Assembly: GCF_000238775.2 (NCBI RefSeq)
Contig: NZ_AFEJ02000004.1
Span: 120,101-152,100, forward strand
Length of the DNA stretch: 32,000 bases
DNA from: Acaryochloris sp. CCMEE 5410
GTDB lineage: Bacteria; Cyanobacteriota; Cyanobacteriia; Thermosynechococcales; Thermosynechococcaceae
Direction: 5' to 3'
In this document: positions 19,174 to 25,945 of the stretch, in pieces
Layout of the letters: each line of letters opens with the position of its first letter
Numbering within the stretch: the stretch's first letter is position 1
Position numbers and translations under genes: made by a program
Notes under the pieces: generated by a model
Databases searched by the model: none
What the model was told of the DNA's origin: nothing
Seen by the model: only the letters and a program-made list of their open reading frames with translations

Positions 19174-19205
19174 GGGCAATTTTCCTGACTATGGATTGCC
19201 CTTTT
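19174..19205 (+). terminator. Plus-oriented terminator-like hairpin in AT-rich gap
   Basis: GGGCAAT-N14-ATTGCCC followed by TTTT. Confidence 0.45.
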
Positions 19206-19299
19206 ACTCATTCGGCTAGACTAGTTTGTCAAAACCCACAATATAGAATCTGAGACTGTGTTAAATTTCATTCAGATTGTATGAACAGCAATCATTTGA

Positions 19300-19331
19300 G
19301 GGCGATCTAATATACTCCAGGTCGCCCTTTT
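19300..19331 (+). terminator. Plus-oriented terminator-like hairpin
   Basis: GGGCGATC-N12-GGTCGCCC (one G-T wobble) followed by TTTT. Confidence 0.45.
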
Positions 19332-19436
19332 CCATACCGCTTTGTCATCCTTCACCTCAATTGGGGCATCCTCATAGTTGTGAGTACGGATAACTACTTC
19401 AAAACCATCAACGAAATAGATCTCGACAGCTTCTCG

Positions 19437-19754
19437 TTACTGAAGCTGTCTTTTTTGTCTCAAGCTCCCCTCGCACCAGGCCATCCAAGATTTCGCCAAC
19501 TGGCAATCACTGACTTCATCCGGTAGCTCTGCCCAGAACAACTCGAAGGCTTGCTGAGCCTGCCAGAAATACTCAAAATACCCCTCGCGCACCGACCAGT
19601 TGCACAACAACAAATTGCGGAGAAACAGAGCTTGGTAAGGATGAAGGCGACCGGGGTAAACCGGAAAACCCTCATCCTCACAGAAGCCCTTGATATCTTC
19701 CCGGCAATACTCCGTTAGAGTTTTCAGTGCTTGCCAGTCGATGGTCAGGTTCAT
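19437..19754 (-). CDS. Hypothetical protein
   Basis: 105-aa ORF. Its ATG overlaps the upstream stop (ATGA at 19751-19754). Confidence 0.6.
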   Translation of the reverse strand: MNLTIDWQALKTLTEYCREDIKGFCEDEGFPVYPGRLHPYQALFLRNLLLCNWSVREGYFEYFWQAQQAFELFWAELPDEVSDCQLAKSWMAWCEGSLRQKRQLQ

Positions 19755-20197
19755 ATTCCAAACTTTTTCTGAGCAGAGATGAACAAGGTGCTAGCCGCAC
19801 ATTTGAGCGTTTCTTCACTAACTCCAGACTCCCCTAGCGCTCTGGATGCCTGTTTGAAACAGAACGCATAAAGATCAGCCCGACTCGTGATGTAACTTGC
19901 GATCGCACTTTTCACTTCTCCTTCCAACTCCCCAGTATCCAGGGGTGGTGTCTCGACCACCGGGGACTGACCCGGAGCCGGGGCTTGCTCGACCAGGCTG
20001 TACTTCCCTTTGGCATCCTTAGCGACCTGAACAGGTTGGCCTTTGCGGAGAGCTTTGAGCGCTGCATCATCGGGATTACCCCAAATCTTTATATCTTCTC
20101 CATCAGGGAGTGTGATTTTTGCATTAAGTCTTGGACCATGCTGGGTATCCCATTCTTTAGCGGGAAATTTGACCTTAGCAGTTAGTATTTGTGTCAT
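19751..20197 (-). CDS. Hypothetical protein
   Basis: 148-aa ORF. GGAG Shine-Dalgarno. ATGA overlap with the upstream gene at 20194-20197. Confidence 0.65.
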   Translation of the reverse strand: MTQILTAKVKFPAKEWDTQHGPRLNAKITLPDGEDIKIWGNPDDAALKALRKGQPVQVAKDAKGKYSLVEQAPAPGQSPVVETPPLDTGELEGEVKSAIASYITSRADLYAFCFKQASRALGESGVSEETLKCAASTLFISAQKKFGI

Positions 20198-20433
20198 TGT
20201 TCTGCTCCTTCTAATACGTCCATCAGTCCTGGCAAACTCTCATTGGCAGCAGCCAGCAGATCAGGAGGAATCACCGATAACACTTGGGGAGAGAACCCCC
20301 AGATCAAGATTGCCGGGTCCAGTTGTCCAGCCCTGGCAAATGCAATTGCTTGATCAATCGATAATTGACACCAGGCATTCTCTGGATGGGGAGCTGGTAC
20401 AGGAGGCAAAGTCGGTAGGGTAGTAGTGGTCAT
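20194..20433 (-). CDS. Hypothetical protein
   Basis: 79-aa ORF. GGAGAAAATCCT precedes ATG 20433. Confidence 0.6.
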   Translation of the reverse strand: MTTTTLPTLPPVPAPHPENAWCQLSIDQAIAFARAGQLDPAILIWGFSPQVLSVIPPDLLAAANESLPGLMDVLEGAEQ

Positions 20434-20479
20434 AGGATTTTCTCCAGATAGGCGAAACCCCCAGCGAATCAGCCAGGGG

Positions 20480-20513
20480 AATTAATAGGTGTGAAATAAA
20501 TTAATAGGTGTGA
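20480..20513. repeat. Tandem 15-bp perfect direct repeat AATTAATAGGTGTGA x2 (19-bp period)
   Basis: Copies at 20480-20494 and 20499-20513, in the 120-nt gap upstream of gene 20194..20433. A 14/15 related copy ATTAATAGGTATGAA lies at 31624-31638. Confidence 0.8.
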
Positions 20514-20553
20514 TACGAGGGGATTGGGAAGCGCTTGGTGGAATAAAGGATAA

Positions 20554-20712
20554 CTATTGTGCTTTTTCTCGTAACCCTTCTAGCTCATGAATCCAATGCT
20601 CAATCATACTCAGAACGTGGTTACGGCTAGACCAATCACCGTTAAACCCTTGAATTGCATGGGTTTGCAATTCCTTCAAAAACGCTATGTCTTTTTTGAT
20701 GTCTTGTTGCAT
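20554..20712 (-). CDS. Candidate 52-aa protein
   Basis: Read manually: MQQDIKKDIAFLKELQTHAIQGFNGDWSSRNHVLSMIEHWIHELEGLREKAQ. GGGGA lies upstream. It competes with track ORF 20642..20857, which has no Shine-Dalgarno site. Confidence 0.4.
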   Translation of the reverse strand: MQQDIKKDIAFLKELQTHAIQGFNGDWSSRNHVLSMIEHWIHELEGLREKAQ

Positions 20713-20784
20713 GGTTGAGTCCCCATGAAGAATTTAGTGCTAATCGATTCAGGAGTACATGGCTGAGATCGCATAGTCTCTGCT

Positions 20785-20940
20785 TTAAACCCTGCTCCAA
20801 TACACTAGCCGCAACCCCATCGCAGCAACATACTCCCTGATGACCGACCCAAGGCATTCCTGGGTTTGGGCTTGCTGGAAATCAATCAACTGGAAGGAGC
20901 GGCCATTCCAGACTTCGATTTTGGCAGCGTGAATTTTCAT
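20785..20940 (-). CDS. Candidate 51-aa protein
   Basis: Read manually: MKIHAAKIEVWNGRSFQLIDFQQAQTQECLGSVIREYVAAMGLRLVYWSRV. GGAGG lies 7 nt before ATG 20940. Confidence 0.5.
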   Translation of the reverse strand: MKIHAAKIEVWNGRSFQLIDFQQAQTQECLGSVIREYVAAMGLRLVYWSRV

Positions 20941-21043
20941 GGGATTGCCTCCGGTGATTCAGAAGGAAGCCCCCCGGCAGTGAACCAGGGGGCTGATTAG
21001 TGTGAGGGAAAAAGCAAGGATAAGAAAAGAAAGAGAAAAGTTT

Positions 21044-21058
21044 GGGGGGGGGAGGGGG
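21044..21058. repeat. Homopolymeric G9-A-G5 tract within a ~60-nt polypurine stretch
   Basis: gtttGGGGGGGGGAGGGGGct read directly. The purine-rich run spans 21001-21058, in the region upstream of gene 20785..20940. Confidence 0.8.
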
Positions 21059-21111
21059 CTGTTAATTGGGTTGCAAGGTTTGGATGTATCCTTCCAATGA
21101 TTTAAATAGGG

Positions 21112-21141
21112 AAAACCCCGGACAGGAGATGCCGGGGTTTT
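21112..21141. terminator. Bidirectional terminator-like hairpin AAAACCCCGG-N10-CCGGGGTTTT
   Basis: GC stem 21116-21121 / 21132-21137, flanked by A4 and T4. Lies downstream of gene 21341..21556. Confidence 0.6.
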
Positions 21142-21340
21142 AGGGAGTAACCGAAGATCGAGTGACAAACCCAATCGGTGAGAGAAGAAACTCAAAAATG
21201 AAGTATTGAAGCTTAAATACTAGATAATGCTACTTATTTGTTAGGTATTAGACTACATTTCTAGACCTAATCAAGTTGTAAATCTGGGTACATATTAATC
21301 AAGTTCTCAACCAATCAGGGAAAAGGACGAGAAGCTGGCA

Positions 21341-21556
21341 TCAAGCTTTGGGAGCTGCAAACCCTACCCTGGTACGATCCAGGATGGTTTGGACTGCTCT
21401 GATGCCAAGGGGATTATCAAGCCTGAGACTGGGATTTTGAGAATTCGGGTCAAGGACCCAAGCGATACCTTCAAAGCGTTTCCCGCACTCCACAGCAGCA
21501 TCAACCCTGATTTGGTCATCGACCCAGACATAGGCATAGGTTATCTTTGGAGGCAT
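21341..21556 (-). CDS. Hypothetical protein
   Basis: 71-aa ORF in the same orientation as the array. No clear Shine-Dalgarno site. Confidence 0.45.
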   Translation of the reverse strand: MPPKITYAYVWVDDQIRVDAAVECGKRFEGIAWVLDPNSQNPSLRLDNPLGIRAVQTILDRTRVGFAAPKA

Positions 21557-21582
21557 GGGTCCAGCTCAATGAAAGGACATAG

Positions 21583-21617
21583 CAAAGCACCCTAGCAGAA
21601 AGGGCCAGGGTGCTTTG
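21583..21617. other. Perfect 11-bp intergenic hairpin without U-tract
   Basis: CAAAGCACCCT (21583-21593) and AGGGTGCTTTG (21607-21617) with a 13-nt loop. Lies between genes 21642..21872 and 21341..21556. Confidence 0.6.
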
Positions 21618-21641
21618 CAAGTATTGGGTGAAGGGATGGGG

Positions 21642-21872
21642 CTAGCTCAACACGGCGGGAACGATGATGGCAATCACAGCCGTTGCAATCAAGCCAAAGG
21701 CCAAGTTAATGAGCAGTTTAGAGGCTTCCCAATAGGTATCTGTTCGTTCGTTGGCGGATCGAACGTCTTTATCAAGAGCTTCGACCTTTGTTGTTAGCTC
21801 CTGAATCTGGCTCGACATCGTTGTTAAAGCCTGTTCGATCGGATTATTACTTTCAGGGGTAGATGCTGTCAT
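21642..21872 (-). CDS. Small coiled-coil protein with C-terminal transmembrane helix (XhlA/holin-like architecture)
   Basis: AAGGAGCTTGCA precedes ATG 21872. The sequence MTASTPESNN...IQELTTKVEALDKDVRSANERT is followed by LLINLAFGLIATAVIAIIVPAVLS. The longer track ORF overlaps the upstream small gene. Confidence 0.6.
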   Translation of the reverse strand: MTASTPESNNPIEQALTTMSSQIQELTTKVEALDKDVRSANERTDTYWEASKLLINLAFGLIATAVIAIIVPAVLS

Positions 21873-21956
21873 TGCAAGCTCCTTGGTTACTGTCATTGTA
21901 TCAATCGAAGAAGAAAAGCACCCCAGCCCGGAAGCCAGGATGCAGAGGAATGTGGG

Positions 21957-22109
21957 CCTATTGCTCGTCATATAGCTGTTGCAGTTGGTCAACCTGAGAA
22001 GGACTCAGGTCCAACTCCCAAACAACCTTGAACTCAGCTTCGGGATATTCGCAGCCTCCGTCAATGAGTTTATTGAGCATCTGTAATGCTCTCTCTATAA
22101 GACTTTCCA
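21957..22109 (-). CDS. Candidate 50-aa protein
   Basis: Read manually: MESLIERALQMLNKLIDGGCEYPEAEFKVVWELDLSPSQVDQLQQLYDEQ. Weak Shine-Dalgarno site. Confidence 0.4.
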
Positions 22110-22130
22110 TAATCACGTTCTCTGATTATT

Positions 22131-22163
22131 CCTGAAACAAAGCAGGGGCAGGATGCCCCTTGC
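22131..22163 (-). terminator. Rho-independent terminator after gene 22181..22360
   Basis: Minus strand: GCAAGGGGC-atcct-GCCCCTGC (one bulge) followed by TTTGTTTC. Confidence 0.6.
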
Positions 22164-22180
22164 TTGACCTGGAACTAACT

Positions 22181-22360
22181 CTAGGTATCTTCTGGGTGGG
22201 TATCAGGGACGAAATGACGGGAGTCTCCAGAATCAAAAGGCTGATGCTGGTAGCCATCCTGGGTCGGGACTGAGAGCCATTTCTTAGGAGTAGTCCAAGG
22301 CTGACTTAATTCAGCGTCAGTTCTGGGTTGCCAAGCTTGACTCATTAAATCGTTTAACAT
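22181..22360 (-). CDS. Candidate 59-aa protein, first gene after leader element A
   Basis: Read manually: MLNDLMSQAWQPRTDAELSQPWTTPKKWLSVPTQDGYQHQPFDSGDSRHFVPDTHPEDT. AAGAGG lies upstream. Followed by a minus-strand terminator. Confidence 0.45.
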   Translation of the reverse strand: MLNDLMSQAWQPRTDAELSQPWTTPKKWLSVPTQDGYQHQPFDSGDSRHFVPDTHPEDT

Positions 22361-22384
22361 TGGCTCATACCTCTTAGTAGGTGT

Positions 22385-22458
22385 ACAAGTGAGAGCCGCT
22401 GAAGTTCTGCCAGGAAGGACAGCGGCTCTTTCAATGAAAGTTTTTGAATTTGTCTCTA
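22385..22458 (-). repeat. Leader element copy A (hairpin 22392-22400 / 22421-22429 plus CTTTCAATGAAAG palindrome)
   Basis: ~70-nt sequence shared with 25946-26013. 9-bp stem AGAGCCGCT/AGCGGCTCT with a 20-nt loop. Ends ~30 nt upstream of ATG 22360. Confidence 0.7.
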
Positions 22459-22571
22459 GTTTTTAGCCTTAGTCGGCATCGCCTTACGGTCGCGGCACCA
22501 GCTACAGGTGTTTGCTAGCAGTTGGGGGAAGGTCGCTGTCGCCCGGTCTTTTGTTGTTTATCTATGATTGT

Positions 22572-22600
22572 ATAGTACAAAATTAGGCCAGAGAAGTCAA
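22572..22600 (-). promoter_or_regulatory. Sigma70-type promoter reading leftward: TTGACT-N17-TACTAT
   Basis: The minus strand reads tgcTTGACTtctctggcctaattttgTACTATacaatc. It lies just downstream of the terminator at 22621-22650. Confidence 0.55.
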
Positions 22601-22620
22601 GCATTTTTAGGCGTTTTTAT

Positions 22621-22650
22621 ATAAAAAATCCCGATCATTGACCGGGATTT
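22621..22650 (-). terminator. Rho-independent terminator after gene 22675..22902
   Basis: Minus strand: AAATCCCG-gtcaatgat-CGGGATTT followed by TTTTAT. Confidence 0.75.
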
Positions 22651-22674
22651 AAATAAGATTCTCTGTTGTATCGC

Positions 22675-22902
22675 TTAACTCTGTTTTTCAGCCTTTTTTC
22701 GCTGGTAATACTTTTTCATCCACTCTCGTTTATATGCCTTGCGAGCCTCTGTTTGCTCAAAACGCTCCTGAGCTTCCTTGACTTTCTGTTGGCCTTTCTC
22801 AGTAGATTGATATTTCTGCACTCCTTTACGCAAGACTTCTTTGCCCTTCTCAGTTTGAGCATATTTTTTGCTTGCCCGTTTCTCGGCTTCGCTGCTTGCC
22901 AA
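22675..22902 (-). CDS. Small basic protein with internal ~18-aa repeats (TTG start)
   Basis: 75-aa ORF. Repeats KKYAQTEKGKE / QKYQSTEKGQQ / ERFEQTEARKA. GGAG lies 8 nt before TTG 22902. A canonical terminator follows the stop. Confidence 0.6.
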   Translation of the reverse strand: MASSEAEKRASKKYAQTEKGKEVLRKGVQKYQSTEKGQQKVKEAQERFEQTEARKAYKREWMKKYYQRKKAEKQS

Positions 22903-22999
22903 GGCTCAATCTCCTCTACTCAAGACACTATTCGTACAGTGTAGTGTTTTCCTGATCCAAGCTTCCAGCCCCAGCATATAAGCCAGGGCTGGAGAACTG

Positions 23000-24406
23000 C
23001 TATCGATGTGTTTTGTACTCAACTGAGAACGGGAAACCACCCAACGCTTGTTCTAGTTGCTCTATTACCTCCACAGAAATCGGTGACTGCCAACCAAAGC
23101 TAAACACCAGTGTGTGCGAGTAAAAGATGCAGTTTTCAGTATTAACGCCGTGGTCTAGGAGCCAGGTAAACCCGTCGAATTCCGTTTGTGCTTTCGTTAT
23201 GGCCTTGTCATACTCCTTTTTGATATCAACCCGCTTTTTCTCCGCTTGCTGTTGCTGACGTGCAGCGTTGGCCTTGGTTTGGGCATCGACAATTACGGGA
23301 ACCAAGAACTGTTGCTCATCCTCGGTCAACTTTGCACGTTTGGATCTGCGCTGATCATCAGGCATCAGCCGCAAGAGGTGATAACTATCAGGGGAGAGAT
23401 AAGGTGAGCCGATGCAGTGATCGCAAAAGACTAGCTCGGTATCGTGGGGGTGTTTGTGGCCGCAATAACCACAAGATTTTGGCAAGGTGGGATCTGGCTC
23501 AGGCTTGGACACTGGAGGGGCGACCGGGACAGGCTCTAGAACTGAATCCAGTTCTCGTAAAGCTTTGAGGACTTGATCCACTGCATAGCGACCAGCACTG
23601 TTCAATCTACGCTGAAAAATTCCCTCTCTCGTCCGGTTGAAGGATTGACCTTTGACGATTCTGTAAGCAGGCTTGGTCAGACGCCGATCAAAGTCGAGCT
23701 GAATCCGGTTCACAACATTATTTTCAATGACGGTGACGCCCAGATCATCATGGCGGGTTTCTGCTGATTCTCCTTGCTCTGCTATGCGTTCGAGGTCAGC
23801 CTTTAACTGTTCAATCCGTTGTTTTGTATTGCGGATCGTGGCGTTATTGTTGGTTAAGGAATAATTGGGGTATCCAATTCGGCCACAAAAATCTGGGGTC
23901 AATAATTCTTGCGCTCTAGACTTGCTGATATTAGCCTTCTCCGCTACGGCCTTGACTCGTGCCTCTCCTTCAAGCTTTTTGGTTGAGCGGATGATTTTGT
24001 TAATCCGCTTCATCTCATCTTGGAGTTGTTGCAGCCCTTCAAGTTTGTGTTTCAATTTTGCGATCGCGTCAGGATCGTCCGAAGAAATTGCAGTATTATT
24101 CTGGATGCCCTCAAGCTTATCCTGGTAACGCTGGGCAGTATCAGCGTGTTCCGCAGCTTTGTCATAGTTTTGATTGACGCGCTTGCGGTAAGCCCGATCT
24201 CCCTTCTCAGAATGGTGACCCACGAGGATCGGCTGTCCAAGGGGGATGGCTGAGGCCATCTTTGAGGCAGTCTCATAACGCTGTTGGGACTCTTTCTGGT
24301 GCTTTTCAGCTAGTTCCTCGTAGCGTTCAATCTTCCGCTCTTTCTTGTCTTCAACGTGCTGGCGACGTTGCTCTAGAACGTCTTGAACGACTTCGGGATT
24401 ATTCAT
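23000..24406 (-). CDS. DUF3560 domain protein with C-terminal zinc-ribbon-containing extension
   Basis: N-terminal region with IPLGQPILVGHHSEKGDRAYRKR, characteristic of DUF3560. Later CGYCGHKH...CDHC. Confidence 0.75.
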   Translation of the reverse strand: MNNPEVVQDVLEQRRQHVEDKKERKIERYEELAEKHQKESQQRYETASKMASAIPLGQPILVGHHSEKGDRAYRKRVNQNYDKAAEHADTAQRYQDKLEGIQNNTAISSDDPDAIAKLKHKLEGLQQLQDEMKRINKIIRSTKKLEGEARVKAVAEKANISKSRAQELLTPDFCGRIGYPNYSLTNNNATIRNTKQRIEQLKADLERIAEQGESAETRHDDLGVTVIENNVVNRIQLDFDRRLTKPAYRIVKGQSFNRTREGIFQRRLNSAGRYAVDQVLKALRELDSVLEPVPVAPPVSKPEPDPTLPKSCGYCGHKHPHDTELVFCDHCIGSPYLSPDSYHLLRLMPDDQRRSKRAKLTEDEQQFLVPVIVDAQTKANAARQQQQAEKKRVDIKKEYDKAITKAQTEFDGFTWLLDHGVNTENCIFYSHTLVFSFGWQSPISVEVIEQLEQALGGFPFSVEYKTHR

Positions 24407-24475
24407 GATGGCAATTCCTATGATTGATGGGATGTGGCGAGTGGGCGGTTTGATGGCACCGCTTAGGCCAAAGAA

Positions 24476-25564
24476 TTAGGCAACAGAGGACGTTTGAGAC
24501 TCAAACAGCGGTAACCCTGAAAACTGGGGGATGCTGGTTATGTCCACTCTGACGCCAAGCATCAACCTCGCGGCTTGCTCAAGGATCTGGTCGTCCCAGT
24601 ACAAGAAAGTATTGCTCTCTTCCATGAACTGATAAATGCATTCCATGATCCGGGTTTTCGCAGGGCCAATAGTCTTGGTGTATTGCAGTTGAGCGTGCAG
24701 ATTGCCATCAGAGCTAAGGGATTGCATCAAATGATAAAGCGCCACAGAAGCGAACCCCTCATAAGGCTGAAAGAATTGCTGTTCATCGCTCAGGGACCAA
24801 TCACGCAGTTGCAGAAGCAGGGTAGATACCTTTGTTCCCTCAAAACGAGTGGGATTGTTCTCGACATAGCCGCACTTGCCAAGTAACCTTTGCAAATTCA
24901 TCGCACTGCTATTGTTGCAATTGCAGGCAATCGACTCGGGCACAATCGCCGCAAGGGTGCCATTGTGCTTCAATGCTGCATGAGCCTTGAGAACATGTTG
25001 AACCCAATTGAAGCCCTCAAACGGGGGATTCATCGCAATCAGGTCATAGCGTTGTGTTAAGTTGACGCTTAAAAAATCCTCGCCCACGACATCAAATCCC
25101 TGGCCCTTCAGAATCTCCTGATTGATAGGATCAATCTCGTAGCAATCAATGGTTGCGTTTGGGTATCGTTCCCGTAGCTCTCTTGCGATCGCACCTTTGC
25201 CCGCTTCAGGTTCCAGAATGGTGAATGGAAAGTCTGACGCTTCGGGGAAGTCTGCAATAAGGAGCAAATCATCAATTGCTGCCTGTGGCGTTTCAAACAG
25301 GCTGTAAGGGTTAGTCTTGGGATATCTCCCTTGCTCTAAGAGCAATTGAATCTGGTCAGATGGGTCTTTGAAGCTCTCGTGATAAGAGCCATTCCAGAAA
25401 ATACCCAGACTATGGATCAGGGGCTTGAATGCTGCATAATCCTTTGTGGACATCTGGACTGAAAGATCAACTCGATAGCTATTGCCATTACTGGAAACTT
25501 GAGCAGATTCCAGCGCCTCTCTATGTATAGACTTGAGGCGTTTTGAAGAAAAAATGATGGTCAT
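24476..25564 (-). CDS. N6-adenine-type DNA methyltransferase (NPPF class), apparently orphan
   Basis: SAM motif ILEPEAGKGAIA and catalytic motif IAMNPPF. N-terminal extra domain of ~100 aa. Confidence 0.82.
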   Translation of the reverse strand: MTIIFSSKRLKSIHREALESAQVSSNGNSYRVDLSVQMSTKDYAAFKPLIHSLGIFWNGSYHESFKDPSDQIQLLLEQGRYPKTNPYSLFETPQAAIDDLLLIADFPEASDFPFTILEPEAGKGAIARELRERYPNATIDCYEIDPINQEILKGQGFDVVGEDFLSVNLTQRYDLIAMNPPFEGFNWVQHVLKAHAALKHNGTLAAIVPESIACNCNNSSAMNLQRLLGKCGYVENNPTRFEGTKVSTLLLQLRDWSLSDEQQFFQPYEGFASVALYHLMQSLSSDGNLHAQLQYTKTIGPAKTRIMECIYQFMEESNTFLYWDDQILEQAARLMLGVRVDITSIPQFSGLPLFESQTSSVA

Positions 25565-25626
25565 GATAATTCCCTTCGTGGCGAGTGGGGATGAAAACGG
25601 GAGGGGGCAGAGGTGCCCCGGATGGT

Positions 25627-25920
25627 CTAGAACGGTTCGTCTGCTTCATCCTCAGCTCGGAGCTGGCGAGATGTCGGCACCGTTTGCCAGTCGGCAAGTC
25701 TGGAGCTAGGACCGTACTCGGACAGCACCCAGGTTCTGAGCCGATCACCTAATGAACCGACTCTGTTCTTGACAATGAAGTAGATTTCCTCAAGTTCACC
25801 ACCGTCACGGACTCCAGGCCAATGCTCGACCTGACCGCAGACTAGGGTCACTTCAGGATAGAGAGGATCGGTAATCTGTTCGTCAACCTGTTTCTCAAGT
25901 TGCGTTAATGTAGTAATCAT
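25627..25920 (-). CDS. Hypothetical protein, first gene after leader element B
   Basis: 97-aa ORF. AAGGAAATACAG precedes ATG 25920. Confidence 0.6.
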   Translation of the reverse strand: MITTLTQLEKQVDEQITDPLYPEVTLVCGQVEHWPGVRDGGELEEIYFIVKNRVGSLGDRLRTWVLSEYGPSSRLADWQTVPTSRQLRAEDEADEPF

Positions 25921-25945
25921 CTGTATTTCCTTTGGTAAATGGTTT

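Noticed and set aside
19275-19436. The reading frame of gene 19437..19754 stays open for 54 more codons after its TAA stop (REAVEIYFVDGFEVVIRTHNYEDAPIEVKDD...). This hints at stop-codon read-through or a recent nonsense mutation.
   Set aside because: An open stretch of this length has a chance probability of several percent. There is no internal start with a Shine-Dalgarno site, and I cannot test homology. Noted only as a curiosity.
20642-20857. 71-aa track ORF on the minus strand.
   Set aside because: It has no Shine-Dalgarno site and an implausible Cys/His-rich sequence. It spans two shorter ORFs (20554-20712 and 20785-20940), each with a ribosome-binding site, which tile the region better.
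22401-22420. The CTGGCA sequence in the conserved hairpin loops resembles the -24 element of sigma54 promoters.
   Set aside because: No TTGC -12 element lies at the right spacing. Cyanobacteria are not known to use sigma54.
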